Below are positions 9,940-19,525 of a DNA stretch of 64,000 bases, piece by piece. The notes under the pieces were generated by a model. The model saw nothing but the letters and a program-made list of their open reading frames with translations. It made no database searches and was not told where the DNA came from. Source of the stretch: an uncultured Desulfobacter sp. (GTDB taxonomy: Bacteria; Desulfobacterota; Desulfobacteria; Desulfobacterales; Desulfobacteraceae); assembly GCA_963665095.1 (NCBI GenBank), contig OY762069.1, forward strand, positions 6,624,001 through 6,688,000, given 5' to 3'. Position 1 is the first letter of the stretch. Each line of letters opens with the position of its first letter. A program made the position numbers and the translations under genes.

Positions 9940-10821
9940 TTAAACCTGTTTCATGTAAAAGCGGATAAACTGATCAATCGCGGGATTAGGGTTATCCGTT
10001 GAACGGACCAGGCTGACGTTCAAATAACAATCGGTTTCAAAAAGATCCACGCATTTGACATTACCGGATATGTTGGAATCCGTAAGGTGGTGCGGAAGCA
10101 CCATCATGCCGGTATCCGGTTTCATTTTCAATGCTGCGGCTTCGATACTGTCTGCTTCGTCTATTTTTTGGGGTGCGTGAAGCCCTTGCTGACTGCACAC
10201 ATCACATAGATTTTTAAATAATGCCATTCCGAAATCCCCTTTAAGGACGATAAACTCCCGGGCTGCAATATCTGTAAGTGTCAGTCTGGCTTTGCTTGAT
10301 AACACATGTTTTTTATTCATCATAACGACAAAGGGTTCTTTAAACGCATCTTGAAAGGTCAGGTGGGGAAAATCAAGGGTATCCACCCTTGGAAAAACCG
10401 CCACATCAGCCTGCATGGATAACAACCCCATGATAATTTCATCCGGATAGGCCGGAAAATACTCAATTTGTATCTGACGGTTTGCCACTTCAAACTCGCT
10501 GACAATGTGACTTAAATACCGGTTGATACCGTAATAAGGAATCCCGATGGTCAGTTTTGCGATATCCCCCTTTAATACGGATTCACAAAGATTTTCATAA
10601 TCACGTATAATTTTTTTTATCCCGTCTAAAAACTGCACGCCGCTGCGGGTTAATGTTACCTTATGTGTATCCCTGCTGAACAGTTTGACGCCGATTTCAT
10701 CCTCAAGCGCTGCAATGTGACGGCTGAGTCCCGGCTGGGTTATATTCAGATGTTTGGCTGCCAGTGAATAATTCAGGCATTTTGATAAAATAATAAATTC
10801 TTTTAAATAGCTTATTCTCAT
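9940..10821 (-). CDS. LysR-family transcriptional regulator
   Basis: HTH motif NYSLAAKHLNITQPGLSRHIAALEDEIGVKLFSR, 293 aa, divergent from the methyltransferase genes. Confidence 0.95.
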   Translation of the reverse strand: MRISYLKEFIILSKCLNYSLAAKHLNITQPGLSRHIAALEDEIGVKLFSRDTHKVTLTRSGVQFLDGIKKIIRDYENLCESVLKGDIAKLTIGIPYYGINRYLSHIVSEFEVANRQIQIEYFPAYPDEIIMGLLSMQADVAVFPRVDTLDFPHLTFQDAFKEPFVVMMNKKHVLSSKARLTLTDIAAREFIVLKGDFGMALFKNLCDVCSQQGLHAPQKIDEADSIEAAALKMKPDTGMMVLPHHLTDSNISGNVKCVDLFETDCYLNVSLVRSTDNPNPAIDQFIRFYMKQV

Positions 10822-10959
10822 AATGACTAATCCGGACTCTGTTGCTCCTTATTTCCATGCCCCGCCATCTGAATGACGCATGCAGGGAGGATTTGGCGTT
10901 TTTTGCACTGAAATATACCCTATAAAAAGATAACATATCCAACATATTCAAAATTATAT

Positions 10960-10978
10960 CTATACAAAAAATGCATAG
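10960..10978. promoter_or_regulatory. LysR-type T-N11-A binding site
   Basis: CTATAC-AAAAAAT-GCATAG (ATAC-N7-GCAT) in the divergent intergenic region. Confidence 0.5.
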
Positions 10979-11072
10979 CCATGCAATTAATATTATTTCC
11001 ATTCACTGATGTTCCACATTAATAAATTATCAGTCGTTCAAATCTATTAGCTGATTATTAAGGGGGGAATGC

Positions 11073-11876
11073 ATGATCATCATTGGTGAAAAAATAAACG
11101 GTGCCATCCCGTCGGTGGCTGAAGCAATCTCAAAAAAAGACGCTGATTTTATAAGGAGCCTGGCTGTTACCCAGTCCGAGGCCGGGTCCTCTTTCATTGA
11201 CGTTTGTGCATCCGTGGACGTATCTGTTGAGCTTGAAACCATGAAGTGGCTGATTGACATTGTTCAGGATGTCACAGAAACCCCCATTGCAGTGGACAGC
11301 CCTGATGCAGGAATATGTGCAGATTGCCTTAAATTTTGTAATAAACCCGGGTTGGTGAATTCTGTCTCCATGGAAGGCGATAAAATTGATGTTGTCTTTT
11401 CGGTCATCGCAGACACGAAGTGGGAATGTGTCGCGTTGTTATGTGACGACACCGGAATTCCCAAAACAGCGGAAAAACGTCTGGATGTTTTTTTCAAGAT
11501 TATGGAACGGGCAAAAGAATTCAAGATTGACCCGTCCCGCCTTCATATTGATCCCCTGGTTGAAATGCTGTGTACCGCCGAGGATGGTATTAATGCCATC
11601 ATGGAGGTGATGCGTGACATTAAAAGACAGTATCCAACCATTCATGTAACCGGCGGTGCCTCCAACATTTCATTCAACCTGCCGGCCAGAAAATTTGTCA
11701 ATCAGGCATTTCTGCTGCTGGCCATGAGCGCCGGCATGGACAGTGCCATCATTAACCCCCTTCACAAGCACATGATGGGGCTCATTTATGCAACAGAAGC
11801 ACTTATGGGAAATGATGAATACTGCATGGATTATATTGAAGCCTACAGAGATGGTCTTTTCGGTCCGGTGAAATAA
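11073..11876 (+). CDS. Methyltetrahydrofolate:corrinoid methyltransferase (pterin-binding, AcsE/MT2-like)
   Basis: Motifs MIIIGEKING, PIAVDSPD, LVNSVS, IDPLV, SNISFNLPAR and GMDSAIINP. Confidence 0.9.
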   Translation: MIIIGEKINGAIPSVAEAISKKDADFIRSLAVTQSEAGSSFIDVCASVDVSVELETMKWLIDIVQDVTETPIAVDSPDAGICADCLKFCNKPGLVNSVSMEGDKIDVVFSVIADTKWECVALLCDDTGIPKTAEKRLDVFFKIMERAKEFKIDPSRLHIDPLVEMLCTAEDGINAIMEVMRDIKRQYPTIHVTGGASNISFNLPARKFVNQAFLLLAMSAGMDSAIINPLHKHMMGLIYATEALMGNDEYCMDYIEAYRDGLFGPVK

Positions 11877-11922
11877 CACCCACAGATCTATTAACTTATA
11901 ACTTTGATAAAGGATGAGAAAC

Positions 11923-12555
11923 ATGGCCAAAATTGATGAAGTCAAAGCAAATGTCGAAAAGGGAAAGCGTAAACTGGTTCCCGGTCTGGTTCAGGAAGCT
12001 GTTGATGAGGGAATTTCACCCCAGCAGATTCTTGACACAATGATTGATGCCATGGGCATTGTCGGGGATAAATTTTCTTCGGGCCAAATCTTTGTTCCGG
12101 AAATGCTGATGGCGGCAAAAGCCATGGGGGCCGGTGTGGAGATTATTAAACCGCTTATGGCAGGAGACGGAGCATCTTCCTTAGGAACCTGCATTATTGG
12201 TACGGTTCAGGGAGATCTTCACGACATTGGGAAAAACCTGGTCGCCATGATGATTGAAAGTGTCGGCTTCAACATGGTTGATCTTGGAGTGGATGCGGCC
12301 CCTGAAATGTTTATTCAGGCAGTTAAAGATAATGACAATGTCAGACTTGTTGCCTGCTCCGGATTATTGTCTACCACAATGCCGGCATTGAAAAAAACGG
12401 TTGAAGCGCTGAAATCCTGCGGGCTGGAAGGGTTTAAAGTCCTTGTGGGCGGGGCGCCTGTTACCCAGGATTTTGCTGATGAGATCGGTGCGGACGGATA
12501 TGCTTCGGATGCCGGTGGCGCCGCCACCAAAGCCAAAGAACTGGTTGCTGCCTGA
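11923..12555 (+). CDS. Corrinoid (B12-binding) protein of a methyltransferase system
   Basis: Cap motif FVPEMLMAA, B12 motif GDLHDIGKNLV (DxHxxG), and VGGAPVT. Alternative start at 11914. Confidence 0.94.
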   Translation: MAKIDEVKANVEKGKRKLVPGLVQEAVDEGISPQQILDTMIDAMGIVGDKFSSGQIFVPEMLMAAKAMGAGVEIIKPLMAGDGASSLGTCIIGTVQGDLHDIGKNLVAMMIESVGFNMVDLGVDAAPEMFIQAVKDNDNVRLVACSGLLSTTMPALKKTVEALKSCGLEGFKVLVGGAPVTQDFADEIGADGYASDAGGAATKAKELVAA

Positions 12556-12605
12556 ATCAAAAGGCAGGCGGAATGATTAATCAATTAATCAAGGAGACTT
12601 AAACC

Positions 12606-13586
12606 ATGCTAACACCCAGGCAGAATTTACTGGAAACAATCAAAGGGGGAAGCCCTGATAGATTTGTTAACCAATACGAATTCATGGAACTTCTTTTATT
12701 TATGCCGGGATTTAAATATGCCCTGGCACCCGGGGAGCGCGTTGTAAACGACTGGGGTGTCACGTTTGACTATCCGGAAGGCCAGATAGGCTGTTTTCCC
12801 ATGCATGATGACAAACATAAAGTCCTCAAGGATATCACCGAGTGGGAAACCCAGGCAAAGCCGGCCCCTCTGGATACGTCCGATGAAGCGTGGGCACCAG
12901 CCATTGAGATTGCCAACTCAGTGGACCGCAGCGAAAAATTTGTGGCAGCCTGTCAGATGCCCGGTATCTTTGAAATGACCCACCACATGATGGGGATGGA
13001 AGATGCGCTTATGGCTCTTTATGAAGAGCCGGAATGCATGCACGGGCTGATCAATAGAATTGCAGATTATGAACTGGAAAGAGCACAGCTGATTGTTGAC
13101 CGCATCAAACCCGATGCCCTGTTCCACCACGATGACATCGGCGGGCAGGCATCCACGTTCATCTCCCCGGATATGTTCAGAGAATTTTTCCTTGAACCGT
13201 ATAAAAGAATATACAAATTCTGGAAAGATAACGGTGTGGAACTGATCGTACATCACAGTGATTCCTATGGTGTCACCTATGTTCCCATGATGATTGAAAT
13301 GGGGATTGACATCTGGCAGGGCACAATGACTACAAACGACATCCCTGCACTGATTAAGCAATACGGAGGGCAGATCAGTTTCATGGGTGGCCTTAACAGC
13401 GCGGTCATTGATTTTGCCGAATGGACCCCTGAAATCTGTGCTGAGCACGTGGAAAAAATATGCCGTGACTGCGGCAAGCACTATTTCATTCCAAACCTGA
13501 CCCAGGGCTTGAATTTCAGCTCTTTTCCCGGAGTTTATGACCAGGTAAGCGCTGAAATTGATAAAATGAGTAAAATATTGTTTTAA
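12606..13586 (+). CDS. Uroporphyrinogen decarboxylase-superfamily protein, probable substrate:corrinoid methyltransferase (MT1)
   Basis: UroD-like barrel motifs (GMEDALMALYEEPE, DDIGGQ...FISPDMFREF, MIEMGIDIWQ, ISFMGG) and position beside the corrinoid protein. Confidence 0.82.
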   Translation: MLTPRQNLLETIKGGSPDRFVNQYEFMELLLFMPGFKYALAPGERVVNDWGVTFDYPEGQIGCFPMHDDKHKVLKDITEWETQAKPAPLDTSDEAWAPAIEIANSVDRSEKFVAACQMPGIFEMTHHMMGMEDALMALYEEPECMHGLINRIADYELERAQLIVDRIKPDALFHHDDIGGQASTFISPDMFREFFLEPYKRIYKFWKDNGVELIVHHSDSYGVTYVPMMIEMGIDIWQGTMTTNDIPALIKQYGGQISFMGGLNSAVIDFAEWTPEICAEHVEKICRDCGKHYFIPNLTQGLNFSSFPGVYDQVSAEIDKMSKILF

Positions 13587-13843
13587 AACCAACAGTCAAA
13601 CCCTGCGTTTAACTGTTTTTCTAAAACAGCCGCGACCGGGCCTGGCTTTTGGGTCCGGGCTTGGCTGCAGAACCGGTTGAAAGCCACCTGACATCTTTTA
13701 AGAAGCTTTCATAAATAGATTAGAAGAAGGGTAGTTATCTTTTAGCGACTCTCCGGGTAACTGCCTGTATTAATGTTTGTGCAGTATATTTATGAGTGCG
13801 CCGGGTAGTCTCTTTGGCTTTTTCCGTATTGAAAAACCGGTTT

Positions 13844-13881
13844 AAAAACTGATCCGCTTTTTTCGTCAAAGCGGATCAGTT
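13844..13881 (-). terminator. Intrinsic terminator for the DUF2845-like gene (possibly bidirectional)
   Basis: Perfect 14-bp stem AACTGATCCGCTTT / AAAGCGGATCAGTT, with an A-run on its left giving the U-tract on the minus strand. Confidence 0.7.
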
Positions 13882-13919
13882 CCTTTGAAGAACCTACAGC
13901 CGATACTTAAAATTTTAGC

Positions 13920-14291
13920 CTAATCACATCGACTCCACTGCCCAACTTCCGTCAAAACATCGTCTTCAAAAGTCAGTGGATAGCAATAATGATTATTTCC
14001 TCTTTCACGAATGCGAATGGACCAACGGTCAATCCTTTTCTGGATTTTGATTATTTCCCCACCTTCTTTTTTATCAAGTTGTTTTTCTATTTCTTTGGTG
14101 TAGGTATCTTTATTGAGAATTTCCCCACATGAACGAAGTTTACCAACAACCGTTGTTTTTGAATCCCCGATTGATATAATGTCATTGCCGCAACGAACAC
14201 CAGCAAACGCGATTCCTCCATAACACAGAAAAGAAGCCAGCATGATGATCAATATTTTTTCAATGGCGGAAGAACGTGGATTATATTGCAT
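13920..14291 (-). CDS. DUF2845-like small exported protein
   Basis: Signal peptide, then RCGNDIISIGDSK...CGE...W...LTFEDD. GGAG SD upstream. Confidence 0.7.
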   Translation of the reverse strand: MQYNPRSSAIEKILIIMLASFLCYGGIAFAGVRCGNDIISIGDSKTTVVGKLRSCGEILNKDTYTKEIEKQLDKKEGGEIIKIQKRIDRWSIRIRERGNNHYCYPLTFEDDVLTEVGQWSRCD

Positions 14292-14379
14292 AAAAAACTC
14301 CTTTAGAAATTAAGGACACCCATAAACAGTTATGGAAATTAAACATCTCTTACAAAAAAAGTCAACGACAGCTATATTT

Positions 14380-15138
14380 TCAGAACGCAGGTACGGGTAG
14401 CTTGCGGCTGATGTAGTAATTTTGAAAAATTCGTAAAATTTCACCGGATTCGATCATAGATTTTATGGTAAGTTCAAGCCCGGGAAGCCTCTCCCTGATT
14501 TTGGATGTCCTGGAAAGCCCGATGTAAACATTTTTTTTCTTTTTGAAACGAAATGCTGCCATCTCAACCTGGGAGGCGATTCCCATTTTGTGGGTCAGTT
14601 CAATACCATCCGCTTCAGAAGAGATCACCGTTTGAATCCTGCCTGCCAGCATTTTGCGGAAACTGGTTTCACCATCTGCGACCACTTCCTTAACAATGCG
14701 TGTATCCTGATCAAATTGAGGGAAATATTTTGCACCGCTGGTTAAGCCGGTCTTCAGTGAAAAGAGATCTTCATAACTGCCGATTAGACCTGCCTGACCC
14801 TTGGGGACAAAAAAGACGGTGTCGGACCGGGTTTTATAGGGCGGCTGGATGTAAAAAATATAGGCTTCCCTGTCCGGACTTTTAAGCAGGCCTGCCATCA
14901 CATCCAGATAGCCGTTCTTCATCATGATCAGGGCTCTTTTGAAGGGGACGCGGACCAGTTCAAGCCTGAGGTCCATCCGCCGGGCAATGGTCTGCAGAAT
15001 TTCGATATTGGGATTGTTCTGCGACGCACTGTTAGGCCGGCGCGACACCAGGACGCCCCTGGATTGGGCTTTCACTGGCCAAGTAGCAGTCAACGCGATT
15101 GCCAGGCACACTAAAAATATGTGACTTTTAGTTTTCAA
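14380..15138 (-). CDS. Periplasmic solute-binding protein family 3 (orphan)
   Basis: Signal peptide, VPFKRALIMMKNGYLDVM, and KMLAGRI. Confidence 0.8.
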   Translation of the reverse strand: MKTKSHIFLVCLAIALTATWPVKAQSRGVLVSRRPNSASQNNPNIEILQTIARRMDLRLELVRVPFKRALIMMKNGYLDVMAGLLKSPDREAYIFYIQPPYKTRSDTVFFVPKGQAGLIGSYEDLFSLKTGLTSGAKYFPQFDQDTRIVKEVVADGETSFRKMLAGRIQTVISSEADGIELTHKMGIASQVEMAAFRFKKKKNVYIGLSRTSKIRERLPGLELTIKSMIESGEILRIFQNYYISRKLPVPAF

Positions 15139-15519
15139 TTCGTCTGATTCTTATGATGCTCCGGTGTCTTTAATGATACAACGCTTAAAACGCCTGTTTC
15201 TATACTTTTTCCAAATTTAAAAATCATATCTGATAAACACGGAAATGACAACGGATCCTTTTAAACGGGCTGGCCGCAATGTCCTTTTTTTCCCTGTACC
15301 ATTTTCAAGGTTCGTAGTTTCCATGAAAAGCCTGAAAAAGAAGCAAAAAAAATACCATACGTGCTATAAAGCAACGGTTCCGGAAATGGCTGTTCTCTGC
15401 CGGTTATGTTGCTCCGCAGTATATGAATGTTATACCGGCAATGCGCCCCCTGTTTTTCATATCCGGATGTGGCGGCCGGGGGGGAATGGATGATGCTTGT
15501 TGAATAAAGGATATCATAT

Positions 15520-16086
15520 ATGGATTGGGATTCGGTTAAAGACGATACCTATTACCAGGGACGAAAATTGGAATATGAAGCCCGACAGACAAATGATCCT
15601 GAGTTATGGATGGCATTTTCAGAGCTGAAGACCCGCAAGGGCAGTTATACACTGGCTGTACACGGGTATATGAATGCCGCAGGTCTGTATGAGGCCAGAA
15701 ACGAATTGGACAGAGCTGTCTGTGCCCTTGAAAACGGACTTGACGCGGCCATGCGGGCCGGTAACAGGGACCTGTCTGTGATTCTTACCTACCGGCTTGC
15801 ACAGATTTTTGAAAGCGGGAAAGACTGGGATGCCGGGATTGCTGCCTGTGAAAAACTCGGAGCGTTCTGTGCTGAAAAAGGCGCGCATTTTCAGGCGGCT
15901 GATGCATTTGAACATGCCGCTGAACTGATGTCCGCGGCCGGCAGAGATGTCAGCGACTATGCCAAGCCCATTGAACACTGGGAAAAAAACATAGACCACT
16001 GGAAACACCACGGCCATGACCATGATGCGGTGTGGAGTGAGGTTCATATCGGGCTTTATAAAAAGCTGTTTAAGGTGGACCTGTGA
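15520..16086 (+). CDS. Hypothetical helical-repeat (TPR/SNAP-like) protein with His-rich C-terminus
   Basis: Ala-rich helical repeats (AADAFEHAAEL), tail HWKHHGHDHD, AAGGA SD. The stop overlaps the next start (GTGA). Confidence 0.7.
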   Translation: MDWDSVKDDTYYQGRKLEYEARQTNDPELWMAFSELKTRKGSYTLAVHGYMNAAGLYEARNELDRAVCALENGLDAAMRAGNRDLSVILTYRLAQIFESGKDWDAGIAACEKLGAFCAEKGAHFQAADAFEHAAELMSAAGRDVSDYAKPIEHWEKNIDHWKHHGHDHDAVWSEVHIGLYKKLFKVDL

Positions 16087-17159
16087 TCGGGCTGCTTTTC
16101 CACGGTCCTGAAGTGTTTGACTCCGGATGGGCGCAAAAGGTGATCAATGCGGTCAGGCCCCTTGATACGCTTTGCTGTGTCCTGGCCGGCACCATGGGCC
16201 GGACCGCTGTGTTTGACTGCGGCCTTGAAGATATTGAATTCTGGGATCAGATGCCCGGGGCCTGCCTCAATACCCTTGCCCGGGAGACGGACATGGTGCT
16301 GATTGTCAATTTGGGTAAATCAGTTGAATCCGGCCTGGTGTTTGGTGGCATGGTGGTTGAGCGTGCTGGAAAAGGGCCGGCCATGGGTGGGGTCCCCGTA
16401 ATCCAGGTGGAGTGCAGCGGGCCGTTTTTTGTGGAATGGGTCAAAGGGGCGTCTGCCGGCATTGGGGAAGCCTTGTCCGGGTTGGGACTGTCTCAGAAAG
16501 AACCCATAGAGATCACACCGTCTGTATGGAAGGAAAACAATACCGTATACCGCCGTATGTCCACGGCGGAGGCAGGAGATTTTGTGCTTGTGGACGGCAT
16601 CATGGTGGGCCGGGCCACGGGAGACGAGGTGGTGCTGGCATGTCGGAACGGGCATATCTGTGACGTCCGGGGTGTGGATGTCAAGGAACACGGTATTGAA
16701 AAACTGGACCGGCTGGGCGGGGTGGATCTCGAACGTGCCAAGCTTGCCTCCACCCCCACCATCCGGCGCAGCGGTTATTCCCCGCGCACCATTGAAAGCC
16801 ATGGGCTGGGCATGGTGTTTTTAGACCACGCCGGTATGCATGTGTATGAACTGGCCAATAATGCCCAGGGGGTTGTCACGGTGGGGGACGACACCACTGT
16901 GGTAGCCGCGGATATCCTGTCACGGTTTAATATCCCGGTTATCGGCATTGTGGACGGAGATGAGGATGTGGTGTTGAAAAACGGCTGCTTTGCGCCGGGG
17001 TCTGTGCGGCTGACCGTGCAAAAGGATGATGAATTCGGGCTGAAGGTGCTGGATGCTGTTTTTCAGGGAGAAACCCGCAAAGATATGGCATTTGAGGATG
17101 CGCTTGACAGGATTCTTACGCTGGCAGGCGATGATCTGGTGAAAAAAGAGAAATTTTAA
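16083..17159 (+). CDS. DUF2117 family protein (family mainly known from archaea)
   Basis: N-terminal IGLLFHGPEVFDSG, GTMGRTAVFD, and C-terminal VTVGDDTT...DILSRFNIPVIGIVDGD. Confidence 0.8.
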   Translation: MIGLLFHGPEVFDSGWAQKVINAVRPLDTLCCVLAGTMGRTAVFDCGLEDIEFWDQMPGACLNTLARETDMVLIVNLGKSVESGLVFGGMVVERAGKGPAMGGVPVIQVECSGPFFVEWVKGASAGIGEALSGLGLSQKEPIEITPSVWKENNTVYRRMSTAEAGDFVLVDGIMVGRATGDEVVLACRNGHICDVRGVDVKEHGIEKLDRLGGVDLERAKLASTPTIRRSGYSPRTIESHGLGMVFLDHAGMHVYELANNAQGVVTVGDDTTVVAADILSRFNIPVIGIVDGDEDVVLKNGCFAPGSVRLTVQKDDEFGLKVLDAVFQGETRKDMAFEDALDRILTLAGDDLVKKEKF

Positions 17160-17347
17160 ATGCTGAAATGGCATTTTACGCATGTTTTTTGTCATTACTT
17201 ACCCTTTACCCGGGCGCAAATTTTTTATATTAAAATCACACACAACGGATCGAAAAGTTCTGGAATCGGGATGTTCCCGCAGCCGGCTGACAGCACCAAC
17301 TGAACAAATTCATTTGTGGTTTTAACTTTTTTTGAACTGGAACTGAT

Positions 17348-19519
17348 ATGACTGAAAATCCGCTGCACCACCTGATGAAGCCATCGTCCATTGCCCTGTT
17401 CGGGGCAGGTAATAATTTCATGAAAATGGGCACCATGCAGGCCTTAAGTATTGTTAAGGACGGGTATCAGGGCCAGATTTTGCCGGTCCATCCAAAAGAA
17501 AAAACAGTGATGGGGTTTAAAGCCTATGCCAGTGTGGCAGACCTTCCCATGACGCCGGATTTAGGTTTTTTGGTCGTTCCCTCAGACCAGGTGCCTCCCA
17601 TCATGGAGGCCCTGGGCCAAAAGGGGACGAAAAGCGCCATTGTCATAACTGCCGGGTTTGGTGAAACCGGGGAAAAGGGTATAAAACTCCAGGAAGAGCT
17701 TAACCGGATTTCCAAAGAATACAACATCAGATATCTGGGCCCCAACTGTATGGGCATCATCAACTCCGAGATCTGCCTGAACACCACGGTGATGCCCTAT
17801 ACCTATGCCAAAGGCGCACTGGGGTTTGCCTCCCAGAGCGGCACCTATGTGACCCAGACCATTCCCTATCTGGGACGGCGGGGCATCCGGTTCAGCAAGG
17901 CCATAAGCCTTGGCAACAGTGCCAGTATTGACCTCATTGATGCCCTGGAATACCTGGGCCAGGACAAACAGACCCGTGCCATTGCCCTGTATATTGAAAG
18001 CATTAAGGATGTCAGACGGTTTGTGGAAACAGCGCGGAAAATTACCCCGCATAAACCGGTGGTGGCCCAGTATGTGGGCGGTTCTGAGGCCGGTGCCAGG
18101 TCGGCCATGAGCCACACAGGGTCCCTGGCGGCTCCTGACCCCCTTTATCAGGGGCTGTTTCGCCAGGCCGGGGTGATCCGGGTTGATTCCATAGAGGCGT
18201 TATATGAACTGGGTAATATGCTGGCCCAGACACCTGACCTTTGCGGCCCGCGCATCGGAATTGTGACCAATTCCGGCGGCCCCGGTTCGGCCATGGCCAA
18301 TGTCCTGGAAAAAGAGGGTCTTGCGGTGCCTCAGTTTTCCCCGGCCCTTCAGGCAGAAATCAGTCAGTTGATTCCTGAGCATGCCCCCTGCGGCAACCCA
18401 GTGGACCTGACCTTTCATCTGGACTTTGAGACCCTGACCCAGAAAATTCCAGGCATCATTCTTGACAGCGGCGAGGTGGACGGCCTGATTATCCACGGTG
18501 CCGTGCGTAAAGGGTATTTTGTCGAAGTCTACAAACATATTCAGGATTATCTGGGCAATATGTCCCTGGATCAACTGCTCAGTGATTACCAGCCCATCCC
18601 GGATAAAAGCCTGACCCTGGCCAAAGAATATGGGAAACCCGTGGTTATATCGAGTTTTTTTGGCCGGGATGACGACTACACCGTGGCATACCGTGACCAC
18701 GGTATGCCTGTATTTAACGGGCCGGAAAAGGCAGCCCTGGGCATGGCCGCGTTGTATCAGCACAGTCAGATCAGACAGGCCCCGGCATGGCAGCCCCCTG
18801 ACGTGCCAGATCCGCCGCAACAGGCCTGTGACCTGATAACCACTGCGTTGGATAAGGGGCAGTCCAGCCTGGATGAGTGTCATGCCAAACTATTGTTAAA
18901 GGCCTGGGGTGTGCCAACAGTGGAAGAGATCCTGGCCCATGAAAAAGACCAGGCCCTGGCAGCTGCTCAGACCCTGGGGTTCCCCCTGGCAATGAAAGCC
19001 TGCGCCCCGGACATCCTTCATAAAAGCGGGCATGGCCTGATAAAATTGAATGTCAAAAGCGTTGATGAAGCCGCCCAGGCCTGGGATGAGATCCAGGCGG
19101 CCCGGGGGCAGGAGGTGCCGGTACTGGTCAGCCCCATGGTCAACGGACAACGGGAACTGGTGGCAGGCATCACAGCTTGTGAGGGGTTTGGCCCCTCCGT
19201 GATGTTCGGCATTGGCGGCATTCTCACAGAAGCCCTGAATGATGTGGTCTTCAGGCCGGCCCCCGTCAGTGTTGATGATGCCGCCCAGATGATAGAAGAT
19301 ATCCGTTCCAGAAAACTGTTAGGTCCTGTCAGGGGCATGCCGGCCGTCAATACCCAGGCCCTGGCCGGCCTTTTGTCCAGGTTAAGCCTGATTCCCCTGG
19401 CCCATCCCCAAATAAGCGAGATTGATATCAATCCATTGATTGTTCAGGGCGGCGACCCTGTTGCCGTGGATGCCCTGGTGGTGCTCAACCCGCCGGAAGA
19501 CTCTGGGGACAAAAGCTGA
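17348..19519 (+). CDS. ADP-forming acetate/acyl-CoA ligase (fused alpha/beta, ATP-grasp)
   Basis: Motifs VITAGFGE, LGPNCMG, SQSG, phospho-His SHTGSLA, NPVDL, HKS and EIDINPL. Confidence 0.92.
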   Translation: MTENPLHHLMKPSSIALFGAGNNFMKMGTMQALSIVKDGYQGQILPVHPKEKTVMGFKAYASVADLPMTPDLGFLVVPSDQVPPIMEALGQKGTKSAIVITAGFGETGEKGIKLQEELNRISKEYNIRYLGPNCMGIINSEICLNTTVMPYTYAKGALGFASQSGTYVTQTIPYLGRRGIRFSKAISLGNSASIDLIDALEYLGQDKQTRAIALYIESIKDVRRFVETARKITPHKPVVAQYVGGSEAGARSAMSHTGSLAAPDPLYQGLFRQAGVIRVDSIEALYELGNMLAQTPDLCGPRIGIVTNSGGPGSAMANVLEKEGLAVPQFSPALQAEISQLIPEHAPCGNPVDLTFHLDFETLTQKIPGIILDSGEVDGLIIHGAVRKGYFVEVYKHIQDYLGNMSLDQLLSDYQPIPDKSLTLAKEYGKPVVISSFFGRDDDYTVAYRDHGMPVFNGPEKAALGMAALYQHSQIRQAPAWQPPDVPDPPQQACDLITTALDKGQSSLDECHAKLLLKAWGVPTVEEILAHEKDQALAAAQTLGFPLAMKACAPDILHKSGHGLIKLNVKSVDEAAQAWDEIQAARGQEVPVLVSPMVNGQRELVAGITACEGFGPSVMFGIGGILTEALNDVVFRPAPVSVDDAAQMIEDIRSRKLLGPVRGMPAVNTQALAGLLSRLSLIPLAHPQISEIDINPLIVQGGDPVAVDALVVLNPPEDSGDKS

Positions 19520-19525
19520 AGCGCA

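Noticed and set aside
15245..15493. 82-aa Cys-containing ORF and a possible NikR site upstream of the helical-repeat/DUF2117 pair
   Set aside because: Weak SD, low-complexity composition, and no convincing palindrome with the right spacing.
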